A DNA stretch of 46,156 nt from Patescibacteria group bacterium (GCA_041652935.1 JBAZGH010000002.1:18039-64194), one strand, 5' to 3'. Positions 1 through 9,491 are shown, counted from the stretch's first letter. The notes: a model not told the origin generated them from the letters alone. A program made the numbers and translations.

Positions 1-2
1 AT

Positions 3-386
3 TTATTAATTAACCAAGTCGGCGCCATAAAAGTTAATACCCGAGATTTGATTGAATACGCTTTCCGCGATAAGCATGTTATAATTGTATCGCCGACTTC
101 TTTCCACGCTTATTTGCAGACTGTTCTACAGGGTTTGCGCGCCCTTAAAATAGAGGAGAGCGCCAAGGAGATCCGCAAGAATGTTGAGATGCTGCAAAGG
201 CACATATTAAGTTATGAAGAATATCTGAAAAAATTAGGAGGTCATCTAAGCACCACAGTCAGCACTTACAATAATGCCTACAAAGAATTCAAAAAAATAG
301 ATAAAGATGTGGCTCGGGTTACTGACGGCAAATCAGAGGTTGAGCCGTTGATTTTAGATAAACCAAAAATTGAGTCACAAAGTTAA
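3..386 (+). CDS. rmuC: DNA recombination protein RmuC, C-terminal fragment (5' end lies outside the window)
   Basis: The frame is open from the window edge, with no stop between nt 3 and the TTG at 48. The translation VSPTSFHAYLQTVLQGLRALKIEE...YNNAYKEFKKIDKDV resembles the conserved RmuC C-terminal region. Confidence 0.7.
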   Translation, partial: LLINQVGAIKVNTRDLIEYAFRDKHVIIVSPTSFHAYLQTVLQGLRALKIEESAKEIRKNVEMLQRHILSYEEYLKKLGGHLSTTVSTYNNAYKEFKKIDKDVARVTDGKSEVEPLILDKPKIESQS

Positions 387-469
387 AAGTTTAAAAGTTA
401 TAAAGTTTATAAGAAAAAGATTATTTCAAGGCGACTTTATGAACTTTGCAACTTTATAAACTTTTAACT
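381..469. repeat. Intergenic palindromic element, family A (AAAGTT/AACTTT words)
   Basis: The left arm agttaaaagtttaaaagttataaagtttataag (381-413, includes the rmuC stop) pairs imperfectly with ctttatgaactttgcaactttataaacttttaact (435-469). Confidence 0.8.
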
Positions 470-479
470 AAATTTCCCC

Positions 480-1496
480 ATGCTTGTCTCAACTTTCGCC
501 AGTTTGCGCGAAGTAACATTTGATTTAAATCATGAATTAAAGCGTGATTTTATTTCTGATCCGAATTCAAACTCAAATAGCGAGTTGGAGCTTGCTGTTA
601 AAAAAACCTTAGTTTTTTTTAATATTTTTGACTACCCATTAACCGATTGGGAAATTTACAAATACCTTTGGGTAGGTGATTTAAATCGGAAAAGCTTTAA
701 TTACGGAGAGATAAAATACGTTTTAAACAGCGCTCCGGACGGCATTGCGCATCAGGACGGTTTTTATTTTCTGAGCGGCGGGGAGGAGTTAGTTTTATTA
801 AGAAAGGAAAGGCAGATTATATCCCGGAAAAAATACAAGCGCGCTTTACGAGTCATTAAAATTTTAAGCGTATTGCCTTTTGTTAAAATGATAGCCGTCT
901 GCAACACACTGGCCTACGATAACGTCCGCGACGACAGCGACATAGATTTATTCATAGTAACGGCGAAAGATAAAATTTGGACAGCCCGTTTTTATTCTTT
1001 GGCGCTGTTGAAATTATTGCGGCTTCGCCCGGAAAAAGACAATAAGAAAGACAAGTTTTGTTTGAATTTTTTTATTAGCGAAGATAATTTGAATTTGCAA
1101 AAATTAACCATAGAAAATGATATTTATTTTGCCTATTGGCTGAAGCAGCTTCTCCCGGTTTATAACGATGAAATTTTTAAAAAATTAGTTGAAGAAAATA
1201 AAGATATCGGCCAATTAATAAATAATAATTCTCCCGCTGGATTTTTTAACAAGCGCAAGGTAAGGCAGGGCGTAATTATCCAAGGGCTTAAAAGCATGCT
1301 GGAGGTTTTAAATGCCTGGGGATGGATGGAAAAATTATTAAAGCTTATCCAGCTTAAAATTATGCCTCGGAATATGATAGCGAAATCAGAAGAGGGCACG
1401 GGGGTTGTGATTAATGATAAGGTTTTAAAATTTCATGTTGACGATAGGAGGGGAGATATTAGAAATGAATGGGAAAAAGTAACCAGTAACCAGTAA
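480..1496 (+). CDS. Hypothetical protein, possibly nucleotidyltransferase-fold
   Basis: 338-aa ORF. The DSDIDLFIV segment followed by helical LKLLRLRP resembles the minimal nucleotidyltransferase (Pol-beta-like) signature. The 3' end and stop codon lie inside a gtaaccag word repeat. Confidence 0.35.
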   Translation: MLVSTFASLREVTFDLNHELKRDFISDPNSNSNSELELAVKKTLVFFNIFDYPLTDWEIYKYLWVGDLNRKSFNYGEIKYVLNSAPDGIAHQDGFYFLSGGEELVLLRKERQIISRKKYKRALRVIKILSVLPFVKMIAVCNTLAYDNVRDDSDIDLFIVTAKDKIWTARFYSLALLKLLRLRPEKDNKKDKFCLNFFISEDNLNLQKLTIENDIYFAYWLKQLLPVYNDEIFKKLVEENKDIGQLINNNSPAGFFNKRKVRQGVIIQGLKSMLEVLNAWGWMEKLLKLIQLKIMPRNMIAKSEEGTGVVINDKVLKFHVDDRRGDIRNEWEKVTSNQ

Positions 1497-1500
1497 CCAG
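1479..1500. repeat. gtaaccag word triplet (family E half-site) forming the 3' end and stop of the 480-1496 ORF
   Basis: gtaaccagtaaccagtaaccag. The same string recurs at 7755-7776. Confidence 0.8.
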
Positions 1501-1526
1501 TCTTTATTTATTATGTTTTTTATAAA

Positions 1527-2894
1527 ATGAAGAAAATAAAATTCATTTTAAGAAGTCGAGAATATTTGTTATATCTTTTGATTTTTTTATTGCCGCTGCA
1601 GACGCGATGGATGTTCAAGCTGGGGGAGTTGAATGGGGGATATTATGAATACGCCACATATAGTTTGTATGCCGTAGATGTTTTAATAATAGTTTTGTTG
1701 TTATTTGTTTTTTTTAATTTAGTTAAAGTCAAAAGTCAAAAGCCTGCCTCGTCGGCAGACGGGTCAAAAGTCAAAAGTGATTTTCTTTGGATTTTAATAG
1801 GAGGATTGGAATTATTTATTTTTATCTCCATCGCCGTTGCTCCCGATAAATTATTGGCGCTATATGGATATGGCAGATTTTTAGTGGGTATTGGATTATT
1901 TTTTGCGATCACTCAGATTAAATATGATAAAATTAAATTATATTGGGCTATAGTTTTTTCCGGTTTTATCCAATCAATTTTAGCCATGCAGCAATTTGTC
2001 TCACAGCAAGTATATGGCAATAAATGGCTGGGGATGGCTTCGCAATACTCATCTGATTTAGGTGTTTCGGTAGTTGATAATGGTTTCAGGCGCTGGCTGA
2101 GGGTTTATGGCAGTTTGCCCCACCCGAATATTTTAGGAGGATTTTTGGCGATAGTTTTGTTGATTAATGTTATTTTGTACTTCAATTTATATAAAAAGTT
2201 TAAGGATGCTATCAACCGGAATCAGGAATCGGGAATCGGGAATCAGGCGGGATTATTATTAGGTTTAATATTTTTTGTAATAAATTTTGTCGGCTTGATT
2301 TTAACTTTTTCCCGCAGCGCTTGGCTTGGATTTTTAGCCGGTTTTATTATTTTACTTCTTTTAATTGTAAAGAAATACGGCCGAACTGGTTTATTAAATA
2401 TAAGTAAATTTATTTTTATAATTATAGCGCTATGCTGTTTGGCCGGTTATATTTTAAATGAACCAATGAAAACCAGGTTGGGAATGGACAGCCGGCTGGA
2501 AAATAAATCAATCCAAGAAAGAACCGGTTATGCCGCGGATGCAAAAGAGGTTATTAAAAATAATTGGCTGTTTGGGGTTGGCGTCAAGAATTACGGGTTG
2601 ACAGTCCATAATCAGATTAATTCCGAACGCTCGGTTTATGAATATGAACCAACCCATAATGTATTTTTATTAGTTTGGGCAGAAACGGGAATTTTGGGCT
2701 TGTTGGCATTTGTTATTTTATTAATTTATTTATTATCAAATGCGTTGAAAAATGAAAGTTACGGCAAGACAACATTAATTTTTGCGCTAACCGCAATGAT
2801 GGTTTTTGACCATTGGTGGTGGAGCTTGAATTTTGGTATAATTTTATTTTGGTTAGTGATGGGGATGGCGTACAAAAAAGATAATTCAATATAG
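1527..2894 (+). CDS. O-antigen ligase / Wzy-like polytopic membrane protein
   Basis: 455 aa with many hydrophobic helices. The FSRSAWLGFLAG motif and a large loop before the last helices are typical of the O-antigen ligase (Wzy_C) family. Confidence 0.7.
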   Translation: MKKIKFILRSREYLLYLLIFLLPLQTRWMFKLGELNGGYYEYATYSLYAVDVLIIVLLLFVFFNLVKVKSQKPASSADGSKVKSDFLWILIGGLELFIFISIAVAPDKLLALYGYGRFLVGIGLFFAITQIKYDKIKLYWAIVFSGFIQSILAMQQFVSQQVYGNKWLGMASQYSSDLGVSVVDNGFRRWLRVYGSLPHPNILGGFLAIVLLINVILYFNLYKKFKDAINRNQESGIGNQAGLLLGLIFFVINFVGLILTFSRSAWLGFLAGFIILLLLIVKKYGRTGLLNISKFIFIIIALCCLAGYILNEPMKTRLGMDSRLENKSIQERTGYAADAKEVIKNNWLFGVGVKNYGLTVHNQINSERSVYEYEPTHNVFLLVWAETGILGLLAFVILLIYLLSNALKNESYGKTTLIFALTAMMVFDHWWWSLNFGIILFWLVMGMAYKKDNSI

Positions 2895-2910
2895 AAATAT
2901 TAAAAATTGC

Positions 2911-2998
2911 CAATTTTCAATGATCAATTACCAATGATCAATTGGAAATCAAATAATTGAAAATTCATTTGAAATTGTAAATTGGTAATTGAAAATTG
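2911..2998. repeat. Intergenic palindromic element, family B (CCAATT/GGAAATTGG words)
   Basis: caattttcaatgatcaattaccaat (2911-2935) pairs with attggtaattgaaaattg (2981-2998). Confidence 0.7.
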
Positions 2999-3003
2999 AA
3001 AAT

Positions 3004-3861
3004 ATGTTAATCGACCTACAACTTCATTCAGTTAATTCGGACGGCTATCTGGAGCCGGGCGAGGTGGCAAGGTTATGCCAAGAACGCGGAGTAAAAATCG
3101 CCAGCTTAACGGACCACAATACAGTCAGCGGGCAGGAAGAGTTTAAGCGCGCCTGCAAGCAGTATGGAATTAAAGTAATACCGGGCATGGAGCTTTATGT
3201 TACGCTTAAAAATAGGCATATGAACTTGCTTTGGTATAATTTTGATATTGATAATCCGGAGCTGCATAAAATTCTGCGTGAAACCCAAAAAAGGAGAAAA
3301 AGTTATGCCCGCAGGATTTTGGAAAAATTGGCGAAAAAGGGATACACGATTGATGTTAACGCTATTTTAGACAAGCATAACCATTATTTACCCATTAACC
3401 ATATTGTAGACAGCTTTCATGATTTGAATAAGAAAAAAATACAGCAGGAATTCGGCCGCCAGTATGTAACCACTACTGAAATCATCCGCCATTATTTCCG
3501 CAGCTCAGTTAAAGTGCGATTACATGAAAGCTATATTAATATTGAGCGCGTTTTTAAATTGCGGCAGAAAGTCGGCGGGCAGTTAGTTTTATGCCATCCA
3601 TGCAAGTTTAAGTGGGTTGAACGAGATGTTGTAAAAGGATTAGTTGATATGGGTTTGGATGGAATAGAAGTTTTATCTCCGCACCATTCTTGGAACGCTA
3701 TCAGTTACTTGCAAGCTTTAGCCGAACAGTATAAACTCATTATGACCGGCGGCAGCGACTTCCATTTGTTTGAAAAAGAAAAATATTTTAAGATAAAAAG
3801 CTCCTGGGATTATTTTGCGATAGACAGTAAAATGCTTAAAGACATCTCAAAAATTATATGA
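3004..3861 (+). CDS. PHP-domain metal-dependent phosphoesterase
   Basis: MLIDLQLHSVNSDG...ASLTDHNTVSG...GGSDFH are PHP His/Asp motifs. I prefer the ATG at 3004 to the track's TTG at 2989, which lies in an intergenic repeat element. The stop overlaps the next start (ATGA). Confidence 0.8.
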   Translation: MLIDLQLHSVNSDGYLEPGEVARLCQERGVKIASLTDHNTVSGQEEFKRACKQYGIKVIPGMELYVTLKNRHMNLLWYNFDIDNPELHKILRETQKRRKSYARRILEKLAKKGYTIDVNAILDKHNHYLPINHIVDSFHDLNKKKIQQEFGRQYVTTTEIIRHYFRSSVKVRLHESYINIERVFKLRQKVGGQLVLCHPCKFKWVERDVVKGLVDMGLDGIEVLSPHHSWNAISYLQALAEQYKLIMTGGSDFHLFEKEKYFKIKSSWDYFAIDSKMLKDISKII

Positions 3862-5012
3862 AGAAAAAATTAAAAATAGCCATAATATTTCGGCCAGATG
3901 TAAGAATCCAGATACCAACTTTAGGCGGAATGAGCAATTTCGTCTATTTTTTATCCAAAGGATTAAAAGCGCGCGGCCATGACGTTACTGTTTTTGGCGG
4001 AAGAAATTCAAAACTTGCCAGAGGAGTTAAGCTGGAGAAATGCCTTATCAATGAAGACGGAGCGAATATATATGATGCCGGAGAAAATTTTCGTTCAGTT
4101 GTTAAAAAAGGGGCAAACAGTTTGGATGAAGCGATTAATATGTCCTTTGGCGATTTAAGCAAAAGGTTTGATTATAAGATTGAGCATTACTTGAGCGCTT
4201 TTAGCAAGATAAAAGCCGGCAATTTTGACGCAGTCCATATAATAAGCTATGAAATTGTCGGGTTGTATCCGGCGCTTTTCTCCGTTGTGCCGGCGGTTGT
4301 CAGTTTTCACGGCCATCATGATTATTATTCAAAAGAGCAGAAACGCTGGCTGGATTTTGTTAAAGATAATTATAAAAGTTTGAATTGCAGTTTTGTGTCA
4401 GTTTCTAGATTTATTCAGAAAGAATACGTTAAATTTATAAAATCAGAGCTAATTTATAATGCAATCGACATCAAACCGTATAAGCTGCAAAAAAATAAAA
4501 AAGATTACATTGCTTTTCTGGGGCGGATAGACGCTAAAAAGGGGCTGGAGTTTACTATTAAATTCTCTAAAAAATACCAAGTGCCGCTGATTATTGCCGG
4601 CAATATTTCCAATAAATGGTATTTTGAAGATAAAATTAAGCCATATATTGACAGCAAATTGATTAAGTTTATCGGCTTGGTTAATGAAAAGCAAAAAAAT
4701 AAATTATTGGGTGGCGCTAAATGCTTTTTTATGCCGACGCGCTATAAAGAGGCGTTCGGCCGAGTAATAGTTGAAGCGCTGGCCTGTGGAACCCCGGTAA
4801 TCGGATTCAAAAACGGGGCGGTGCCAGAGTTAGTTATCAATAATAAAACCGGATTTGTTATAAAAGAGGATGATATGGGGGGGGCAAAAAAAGCTTTTGA
4901 TAAAATTGAGCAAATAAAGCCGGAGGTCTGCCGGAAATTCGTGGAAGATAATTTTACGATAGAGAGGTTAGCTGGAGAATACGAAGCGCTGTATAGAAAA
5001 ATTTCTAATTAA
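3858..5012 (+). CDS. Glycosyltransferase family 4 (GT-B fold)
   Basis: The C-terminal EAFGRVIVEALACGTPVIG...GAVPELV (EX7E-type region) and the overall length fit GT4/Glycos_transf_1. Confidence 0.85.
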   Translation: MKKKLKIAIIFRPDVRIQIPTLGGMSNFVYFLSKGLKARGHDVTVFGGRNSKLARGVKLEKCLINEDGANIYDAGENFRSVVKKGANSLDEAINMSFGDLSKRFDYKIEHYLSAFSKIKAGNFDAVHIISYEIVGLYPALFSVVPAVVSFHGHHDYYSKEQKRWLDFVKDNYKSLNCSFVSVSRFIQKEYVKFIKSELIYNAIDIKPYKLQKNKKDYIAFLGRIDAKKGLEFTIKFSKKYQVPLIIAGNISNKWYFEDKIKPYIDSKLIKFIGLVNEKQKNKLLGGAKCFFMPTRYKEAFGRVIVEALACGTPVIGFKNGAVPELVINNKTGFVIKEDDMGGAKKAFDKIEQIKPEVCRKFVEDNFTIERLAGEYEALYRKISN

Positions 5013-5016
5013 CCTC

Positions 5017-5158
5017 ATTATTCTAAAAATTATCAATGACCAATTTTCAATAACCATTCAATATCCAAATCTCAATTTCCAATTGTTTATTGGATATTGG
5101 TCATTGATTGGAAATTGGACATTGATAATTGATCATTTATTGGGTCAATTAGAATAAT
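5017..5158. repeat. Intergenic palindromic element, family B
   Basis: About 65-nt imperfect arms: attattctaa...tatcaatgaccaattttcaataaccattcaatatccaa against ttggatattggtcattgattggaaattggacattgata...ttagaataat. Confidence 0.8.
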
Positions 5159-5172
5159 TGAAAATTATAATT

Positions 5173-6084
5173 ATGCTTAGAATAAAGAAAAATAAAAATC
5201 TTACTATCGCCGTCGGCCAGGCCTGGTTTCGGGCCTGGAAAGATTATAACGGGCATTTGAAAAAAATGGGCGTTAGGACTGTGGTGGTGGATTTATGGAA
5301 TCCTGGTTGGGCGCAGCGGCTGGAAAAAATTAAAGGTAAGGTTGACGCCTATCTATGGCACTCAGATACTTGGGAGGAAAATTATCGGCGCATCCACGAC
5401 CGTATTTTTTATATTGCCAATTTTATCAAAAAGCCGGTTTTTCCCGATTTAAATATGTATTATTCCTATAATGATAAAATTAAGCAGTATGAAATATTTA
5501 AGGCGAAGAAGCTGCCGATGATTGAAACTTATATGGCAATTGAAGAGGGGAGGGCGTTGGGATTGGCGGAGGAAATTAAATATCCAATAATCATTAAAGA
5601 CGCTTACAGCGCCGGCGGAGACGGAGTTTATAAAATTGAAAATAAAGCTGAGTTTAAAAAAACAGTTAAGCAAATTTTTTCCCCCTCCGGGTTTGGGAAA
5701 AAAGTCGGCTATGGCGGGATAAAAAATTATTTATACGCGCAAAAATTTATTCCCAATATGAAGCGGGATTTGCGCATTATTACCATTGGAGGCAAATGCG
5801 CCTGCGCTTACTGGCGCGTTGGAACGGAATGGAAGCATAATATCTGCAAAGGCGCTAAGCTTGATTTTAACGGCGTGCCCAAGCGGGCGATTGATTTTTG
5901 TGTTAAAATATCTAAAGAAAATAAATTCCATTGGATGAGCTACGATTTATTTATTTTGCCCAATGGAAAAATAAAGCTGATAGAATGGTCTTGTAATTTT
6001 GGAGTTAAGGGGCCGAGGGAGCAAGGGGTTGATGTCAGGGAGATGCAGATGGAGTATCTAGTAAAATTACTAACTTCTAATTAG
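5173..6084 (+). CDS. ATP-grasp domain protein (RimK-like)
   Basis: YPIIIKDAYSAGGDGVYKIENKAEF is a glycine-rich ATP-grasp loop, followed by a later DLRIITIGG segment. ATG 5173 is preferred over TTG 5158, which lies inside a repeat element. Confidence 0.6.
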   Translation: MLRIKKNKNLTIAVGQAWFRAWKDYNGHLKKMGVRTVVVDLWNPGWAQRLEKIKGKVDAYLWHSDTWEENYRRIHDRIFYIANFIKKPVFPDLNMYYSYNDKIKQYEIFKAKKLPMIETYMAIEEGRALGLAEEIKYPIIIKDAYSAGGDGVYKIENKAEFKKTVKQIFSPSGFGKKVGYGGIKNYLYAQKFIPNMKRDLRIITIGGKCACAYWRVGTEWKHNICKGAKLDFNGVPKRAIDFCVKISKENKFHWMSYDLFILPNGKIKLIEWSCNFGVKGPREQGVDVREMQMEYLVKLLTSN

Positions 6085-6107
6085 TTTAATTTAAATTAAT
6101 CCAATTG

Positions 6108-6268
6108 CACTAATTATTCTAATTAACCTATTAAATTACCAATTACCAATGCCCAATTTCCAATCAATGACCAATATTCAATAACCAATTGGAAATTGAT
6201 TTGGATATTGAATGGTCATTGGAAATTGGGCATTGAAAATTTTTGGGATAATTTGAGCAATTAGAAAT
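6108..6268. repeat. Intergenic palindromic element, family B
   Basis: caatgcccaatttccaatcaatgaccaatattcaataaccaatt pairs with aattgatttggatattgaatggtcattggaaattgggcattg. It shares a near-identical word string of about 38 nt with the element at 5017-5158. Confidence 0.8.
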
Positions 6269-6270
6269 TT

Positions 6271-7755
6271 ATGAAAATAGTATTTTTATCTGCCGAATGC
6301 GCGCCGTTTATTAAAGCGGGCGGGTTAGGGGATGTTGTCGGATCTTTACCGCCGGCGCTGGCAAAATTAAAAATTAAGCCGGTTATTTTTTTGCCGTTAA
6401 ATAAAGATGTTTCTGTTAAAAAATGGAAACTGCGAAAATTGCGTAAATTTAAAATCAGCTATGATGAAAAGAGCGAACAAGTTGAAATTTTTAAAACATT
6501 GCTTCCAAACTCAAAGATAGAAGTTTATTTTTTATCCAATCAAAAATATTTCAATAAAGAAGATGCTTATTCGGGAGGACTAAAAAAGTTTTTATTTTAC
6601 AGTTTAGCCAGCCTGGAGGCGATGAAAGTTTTATCCGCCCAAGGCGGAGTAAACAAAATAAAACCGGATATTATCCATTGCCATGACCATCAAACTGGCA
6701 TGACCTTTAATATTCTAAAATCTATTTACAAGAATGATAATTTTTTTAAACAGATAAAAACTGTTTTCACTATCCATAATTTAAATTATCAAGGCAAGAG
6801 AGACCCGGTTATTTTGGATAAAATTGACCATGATATTGAGAAATTAGCTTCCGTGGCTAATGATATTAAAGACGGCGATATAAATTTTATGGTGCAGGGG
6901 ATATTAAGCTCTGATGCAGTAACTACTGTCAGCCCGACTTATGCCAAAGAAATTTTAAAGCCTGAGCTTGGAGTCGGCCTGGATAAAATTTTAATAAAAA
7001 GAAAAAAGGATTTGAGGGGAATTATAAATGGAATTGATATGGATATGTTTAATCCGGTTACTGATAAAAACTTAAGGTATAATTATAACGCGCAAAATTT
7101 GGAAGGCAACACGTCCAAGCTACGCTGGGCGGGCAAGGCAAAAAATAAGGCGTGGCTACAGAAAAAAGTTGGGTTGCCAATTGATGCCAGTAAGCCATTG
7201 GTTGGTTTTATTTCGCGGTTAGTATGGCAGAAAGGAATTGATTTAATTACAGACGAGATGGTGGAGAATTTGGATTGCCAATTTATCGTTTTGGGAACCG
7301 GAGAAGATCGCTATCATAAGCATTTAAAACAATTAGCTAAAAAATATCCAGATAAATTTTCCGCCCAAATTACATTCAGCGTGGAAACAGCCAGCCAGAT
7401 TTACGCCGCCAGCGATATGTTTTTAATGCCTTCCCGCTATGAGCCCTGCGGGTTGGGGCAGATGATTGCGATGCGTTATGGCAGCGTGCCAATCGTGCGG
7501 GCGACTGGAGGATTGCGCGACACAGTCAGAGATTTTAGATTTTCGATTTCAGATTTTAGATTGGCAAACGGATTTGTTTTTGATAAATTCAGCAGTTTGG
7601 AATTGGAAAAAATTTTGCAACGAGCAATTAATATCTATCAAAATAATCCAAAAGTTTGGCGGAAACTGCAACTGAACGGCATGAAAGAAGATTTTTCATG
7701 GAAGAAACCGGCTAGAGAATATGTGAAATTGTATAAATCAGTAATAAGTAAATAG
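6271..7755 (+). CDS. glgA: Glycogen/starch synthase
   Basis: N-terminal MKIVFLSAECAPFIKAGGLGDVVGSLP (KxGGL motif) and C-terminal PSRYEPCGLGQMIAMRYGSVPIVRATGGLRDTV. Confidence 0.9.
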   Translation: MKIVFLSAECAPFIKAGGLGDVVGSLPPALAKLKIKPVIFLPLNKDVSVKKWKLRKLRKFKISYDEKSEQVEIFKTLLPNSKIEVYFLSNQKYFNKEDAYSGGLKKFLFYSLASLEAMKVLSAQGGVNKIKPDIIHCHDHQTGMTFNILKSIYKNDNFFKQIKTVFTIHNLNYQGKRDPVILDKIDHDIEKLASVANDIKDGDINFMVQGILSSDAVTTVSPTYAKEILKPELGVGLDKILIKRKKDLRGIINGIDMDMFNPVTDKNLRYNYNAQNLEGNTSKLRWAGKAKNKAWLQKKVGLPIDASKPLVGFISRLVWQKGIDLITDEMVENLDCQFIVLGTGEDRYHKHLKQLAKKYPDKFSAQITFSVETASQIYAASDMFLMPSRYEPCGLGQMIAMRYGSVPIVRATGGLRDTVRDFRFSISDFRLANGFVFDKFSSLELEKILQRAINIYQNNPKVWRKLQLNGMKEDFSWKKPAREYVKLYKSVISK

Positions 7756-7845
7756 TAGCCAGTAACCAGTAACCAGAATTCAAAAAACACCCCGTGGAGG
7801 CGTTTTCTATCCACTAGTTACTAATTGCTGATTACGAGTTACTAT
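7755..7845. repeat. Family E element between convergent glgA and galT
   Basis: gtagccagtaaccagtaaccag (7755-7776), then a weak central hairpin, then the inverted partner ctagttactaattgctgattacgagttact (7814-7843). Confidence 0.65.
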
Positions 7846-7847
7846 TA

Positions 7848-8762
7848 TTATTTCCGATAAAACTTTGCCGCCTCTTCCGGTGAAACGGAATTAATGACAA
7901 TGCCGGAGCCAAGCTCAACGCCAGCCCAGACCGAGTCGCGGGGCTGGATTTTTATATAGAAGTATTGGTTGGGATTTGAGATAACTTGATGCATGAAAAA
8001 ATTATACGATACATCAATAGAATTAAGTTTTGATAAAATTAATTTTAACGCTTTGGCAAAAGAATTTATTTCCTCATCATTTAATTCAGTTATATTATCA
8101 ATAAAACGATTAGGAAAGAGCCAGGCCTCGTAATGATACTGCGAAGCATAAGGGCAGAAAGCGGAAGCGAATTTATCTTTAAAAATTTTTCGTTTGCTTT
8201 TACTTTCCTTCTTTATTATATCAGCATAAGCGTTGCGCTTGTGCTTAGTATGATAATGTTCGGCGGCAGTCATTTCTTCCTGAACATCTGGAGGTATAAT
8301 GTCTGTTGCAAAGACTTGCGAATGGGCGTGCGTAATAGAGGCGCCAGCTTTGGAGCCATTGTTTTTAAAAACTAGAATATAATCTATTTTTTTTATTTTA
8401 CTTAAAGCAGCAGTTCTTTTTTGGTGCATTCTTAAAACATTTCCAATTTCTTCAATTGACAACTCTCCCAGCTCAACTCCGTGCTTGGCTGTTTCAATAA
8501 TTACCTCCTGTTCACCATAGGCCTTTTTATTATTTAAAGTAACAGCCGGAAATTTATTTTTAATCGCAGTTATGGGGCTCTTGTTTTCTCCGCAGCATTT
8601 ATCAACTATTAATTTTTTTTCAATATTTCCCGGGCAGAAAACACATTTTTTGTCCCGATGCAAAACGGTTTGCTCGGAGATATCCCTGGGACGTTTTGCC
8701 CGCCCGGGAGTGATGATGACATACTTATTTAGAAGATAGTCTTTTCTTAGTTCAGATTTCAT
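7848..8762 (-). CDS. galT: Galactose-1-phosphate uridylyltransferase-family (GalT / ADP-glucose phosphorylase-like HIT enzyme)
   Basis: CVFCPG zinc motif near the N-terminus and the HAHSQV (HxHxQ) active-site motif. The gene is convergent with glgA. Confidence 0.7.
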   Translation of the reverse strand: MKSELRKDYLLNKYVIITPGRAKRPRDISEQTVLHRDKKCVFCPGNIEKKLIVDKCCGENKSPITAIKNKFPAVTLNNKKAYGEQEVIIETAKHGVELGELSIEEIGNVLRMHQKRTAALSKIKKIDYILVFKNNGSKAGASITHAHSQVFATDIIPPDVQEEMTAAEHYHTKHKRNAYADIIKKESKSKRKIFKDKFASAFCPYASQYHYEAWLFPNRFIDNITELNDEEINSFAKALKLILSKLNSIDVSYNFFMHQVISNPNQYFYIKIQPRDSVWAGVELGSGIVINSVSPEEAAKFYRK

Positions 8763-8770
8763 TTTTATAA

Positions 8771-8880
8771 GACAGATAAGCGCGGATTAGAGACAGATAA
8801 GCACGGAGCGCGGATATGCGGTGATATTATATTATCGCATATCTGTGCTCCGTAAAAATCCGTAGTAAATCTGTGTTAAT
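8771..8880. repeat. Intergenic palindromic element, family D (ACGGAGCRCRGATAT words)
   Basis: Near-continuous palindrome acggagcgcggatatgcggtgatat (8803-8827) / atattatcgcatatctgtgctccgt (8829-8853). The outer words are gataagc / attaacacagat. Confidence 0.8.
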
Positions 8881-8963
8881 TTGTAAAATATAATTAAATT
8901 AGCTGAATTTTAATATGGAAAGAATGTTTTATAATAAGGAAATTATATCAAAAATAGACGGTC

Positions 8964-8993
8964 TTGACAATTTTAGCTTAATTGTATTAATAT
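8964..8993 (+). promoter_or_regulatory. Sigma-70-like promoter upstream of groES
   Basis: TTGACA at 8964-8969, followed 15-18 nt later by overlapping TATTAA/TAATAT -10 candidates, immediately upstream of the CIRCE element. Confidence 0.5.
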
Positions 8994-9008
8994 GTATTGA
9001 CATAAGCG

Positions 9009-9035
9009 TTAGCACTCTCATTTAACAAGTGCTAA
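9009..9035 (+). promoter_or_regulatory. CIRCE operator (HrcA binding site)
   Basis: TTAGCACTC-N9-AAGTGCTAA compared with the consensus TTAGCACTC-N9-GAGTGCTAA (one mismatch), 54 nt upstream of groES. Confidence 0.85.
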
Positions 9036-9088
9036 AAGGCCTAAAAAATTATTCTAAAGAAATTATTATTTATTAATTTTTTAAATCT

Positions 9089-9379
9089 ATGCAAATTAAA
9101 CCTTTGGGCGACAAAGTTGTCGTAAAAGCAAACACTAAAGAAGAAGTAACAAAATCGGGCATTGTATTGCCAGATACCGCCGATAAAGAGCGTCCGGAAC
9201 AGGGAGAGGTAATCGCGGTCGGACCGGGAAAAATTTCTGAAAACGGCCAACATCAGGAGATGAACGTAAAAGTCGGCGATAAAATTTTATTTAAAAAATA
9301 TTCTCCGGACGAGTTTAAAATTGACGGAGAGGAACTGCTTGTTCTAAGTGAAAGCGATATTATTGGAATTATAGAATAG
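9089..9379 (+). CDS. groES: Co-chaperonin GroES
   Basis: 96 aa. MQIKPLGDKVVVK...GIVLPDTA...GEVIAVGPG is canonical Cpn10. Confidence 0.95.
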   Translation: MQIKPLGDKVVVKANTKEEVTKSGIVLPDTADKERPEQGEVIAVGPGKISENGQHQEMNVKVGDKILFKKYSPDEFKIDGEELLVLSESDIIGIIE

Positions 9380-9487
9380 AATTTTTAATTTTGTAATTCT
9401 TAATTTTTAAATAAATCTTAAATTTTAATTTTTAAAAATTAGAGCATTGGATATTATTTAAAAATTATAAAATTAAAAATTTATAAA
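9380..9487. repeat. Intergenic palindromic element, family C (AATTTTTAATTTT words) between groES and groEL
   Basis: aatttttaattttgtaattcttaatttttaaataa (9380-9414) pairs with ttatttaaaaattataaaattaaaaatt (9454-9481). Confidence 0.75.
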
Positions 9488-9491
9488 CTAA

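Noticed and set aside
7466-7675. A plus-strand 69-aa ORF overlapping the glgA 3' region in another frame.
   Set aside because: It lies entirely within the conserved glgA frame, and part of it is generated by the gatttt word tract. No independent signal supports it.
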